Origin: Phycisphaerae bacterium
GTDB taxonomy: Bacteria; Planctomycetota; Phycisphaerae; UBA1845; Fen-1342
Direction of reading: 5' to 3'
Length of the DNA: 64,000 nt
Assembly (NCBI GenBank): GCA_050115495.1
Contig: JASFQK010000001.1
Location: 1-64,000, forward strand
Part shown: positions 62,441 to 64,000 of the stretch, in pieces
Numbering within the stretch: position 1 is the first letter of the stretch
How the letters are laid out: each line of letters opens with the position of its first letter
Translations under genes and position numbers: made by a program
Notes under the pieces: generated by a model
Database searches by the model: none
What the model was told of the DNA's origin: nothing
The model's input: the letters and a program-made list of their open reading frames with translations, nothing else

Positions 62441-64000
62441 TTACGCCAGCGGTTCGTCCTGCATCTCGTAGACCTTCATCGTCAACCGTACATCGCCGAA
62501 ATCGTGCGTCGTACCCAGCCGCAGCGCCTTCGCGTCGCCCAGCTTCCCACCGCCCGACGTCGCCTCTCGCCCGCACAACCGCCCACCCCGATCGAACAGC
62601 ACGACCTGCGTCGCTCCGTCGGGGGTGCGCACGTGGCAGCTAGTTTGCGGCCCGATCAGACCCGTCTCGCGGAACAGCAGCACCTGGCTTACATCCTGCG
62701 GCAGCCGGCACCGGTGCGACACATGCAGCACGGCCGTGTCACTCCGCACGCTCGGCTTGCGGAACACCAGCTTGCCGCCCGGCTCGAGCACGATCCGGTC
62801 TCCGTCCCGCAACAGCGTCCGCTGCACGTCGCGCCGATTCACCCGCACTCGCCCATGCGCCACCAGGAAGTAATCGCCGCCGTCGCGCACGATGTCCGCA
62901 TGATGCGACCGAATGCTCGCCGGAATCGGCACGTCGATCTCCCGACTGCCACCCGACCGCCCCAGCCGCACACGATCCTGCCCCAGCACCAGGCTGCTCC
63001 CCGCCCCATCCACCAGCAGCAGCAGCGCCTTTCCCCCCAGCAGCGCATCGTGCGGACTCGCCGGCGGCGGTGGCGGCACAACCTCGTTCGCCCGCACCGT
63101 CGGCGCAGCTTTCGCCGGCGCGGCCGCCGGCCCCGCCATCGTCGCCAGCAGACCCAGCGGCGACGCCAGCAGCATGTCCTGACCCTCGGTGATCCGCGTC
63201 AGCGCCGCGTGCAACTCATCCACCCAACCCAGCCCCGACCGCGCCGCCCGCAGCCGCAACACCGTCTCCCGCAAACCGGCGTAGTTCCGCTCGCCGAGCT
63301 GCTCCGCCGCCCGCCCCCACAGCCCCGCCATCCGCTCGTACACTTCCAGCCCGGGATGCCACGCGCTCAGCGCCCCCAGCCCCGCCCGCGCCGCCAGGAA
63401 CCGCCCCAACTGCCCCTGCCGCAGCCATTCCTCCAACACGCGCTCGTACGCCGTCGCCAGCCGACCGGCGAACGCATCGCTCTCCCGCGAGCGTCCGTGC
63501 CGCTCACCCGCCTCCTGCCACAAACGCAACGCCGTCGGCACGTCGCCACGATCCAGCGCGTCCCCCGCCTGCGTCAGCAACTCCGCACTGCGCTGCACCC
63601 GGATATCCAGCCGCTCGCGCAGATCCTCGCGCTGCTGCGTATCGTCAACCCGCTCGATGGCCAGCCGCCCCGAATCCAGCCGGCCGGCCTGCACGTTCGC
63701 CGCCGCCTCGTCATAGACCGCCCGCTCGGCGGACTCCCGCTGCCGCCGCTCGGCGGTGTGGGCCTGCACGCGCTGCCGCAATTCCTCCGCTTCGGGTCCG
63801 CCCCGCCCCACGGCCTGCAAACGCTCCAGGTCTTCCCCCGCCGCCTCGTAACGACCCGCCTGCAAGTGCAGCCGTACCCGCGCCAGCAGCGGACGCACCA
63901 GGTCATCCAGCAGCTTCTGCCCCCGCCGCTGCTCCCGGATGTCCGGTTCGGCCGCCAGCCCGTACGCCTCGTCGAGGCGTCCCTCGGCCAGCGCCCGCTC
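62441..64000 (-). CDS. TPR-like + FHA domain protein (5'-truncated by window edge)
   Basis: Frame is open to the window end; helical N-terminal part; VRLGR...SIRSHHADI...VRVN...LRDGDRI. Confidence 0.8.
   Translation of the reverse strand, partial: ERALAEGRLDEAYGLAAEPDIREQRRGQKLLDDLVRPLLARVRLHLQAGRYEAAGEDLERLQAVGRGGPEAEELRQRVQAHTAERRQRESAERAVYDEAAANVQAGRLDSGRLAIERVDDTQQREDLRERLDIRVQRSAELLTQAGDALDRGDVPTALRLWQEAGERHGRSRESDAFAGRLATAYERVLEEWLRQGQLGRFLAARAGLGALSAWHPGLEVYERMAGLWGRAAEQLGERNYAGLRETVLRLRAARSGLGWVDELHAALTRITEGQDMLLASPLGLLATMAGPAAAPAKAAPTVRANEVVPPPPPASPHDALLGGKALLLLVDGAGSSLVLGQDRVRLGRSGGSREIDVPIPASIRSHHADIVRDGGDYFLVAHGRVRVNRRDVQRTLLRDGDRIVLEPGGKLVFRKPSVRSDTAVLHVSHRCRLPQDVSQVLLFRETGLIGPQTSCHVRTPDGATQVVLFDRGGRLCGREATSGGGKLGDAKALRLGTTHDFGDVRLTMKVYEMQDEPLA

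Overview
GC-rich bacterial chromosomal window; the gene content and intergenic repeats suggest a Planctomycete (Phycisphaerae-like), which is inference. The first 12.6 kb is a complete type I-C CRISPR-Cas locus: cas3, cas5-cas8c-cas7-cas4, an inserted PLD-family nuclease-like gene, cas1-cas2, a leader, and an array of 37 repeats and 36 spacers. The top finding lies in the cas3-cas5 intergenic region. It is an antisense CRISPR-like mini-guide RNA made of a degenerate hairpin, the exact 11-nt repeat handle CGGATTGAAAC, a 23-nt guide and an intrinsic terminator. The guide matches the -10 box of the adjacent cas5 operon promoter, with mismatches only at Cascade's flipped-out positions 6 and 12, next to a TTT PAM; this points to Cascade-guided autorepression. 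Other notable elements are a gdh operon with two PPDK_N-like proteins (one fused to a nucleotidyltransferase), a PNP-STAND-TPR NLR-like protein, an hcp/HcpR module with a perfect FNR box, REP- and MITE-like repeats, and a multi-TM Ser/Thr kinase next to an FHA protein. The remainder is mostly housekeeping (mfd, recG, hpf, pcm, RND efflux, ECF sigma/anti-sigma). Family assignments come from motif recognition by eye; no database searches were run.
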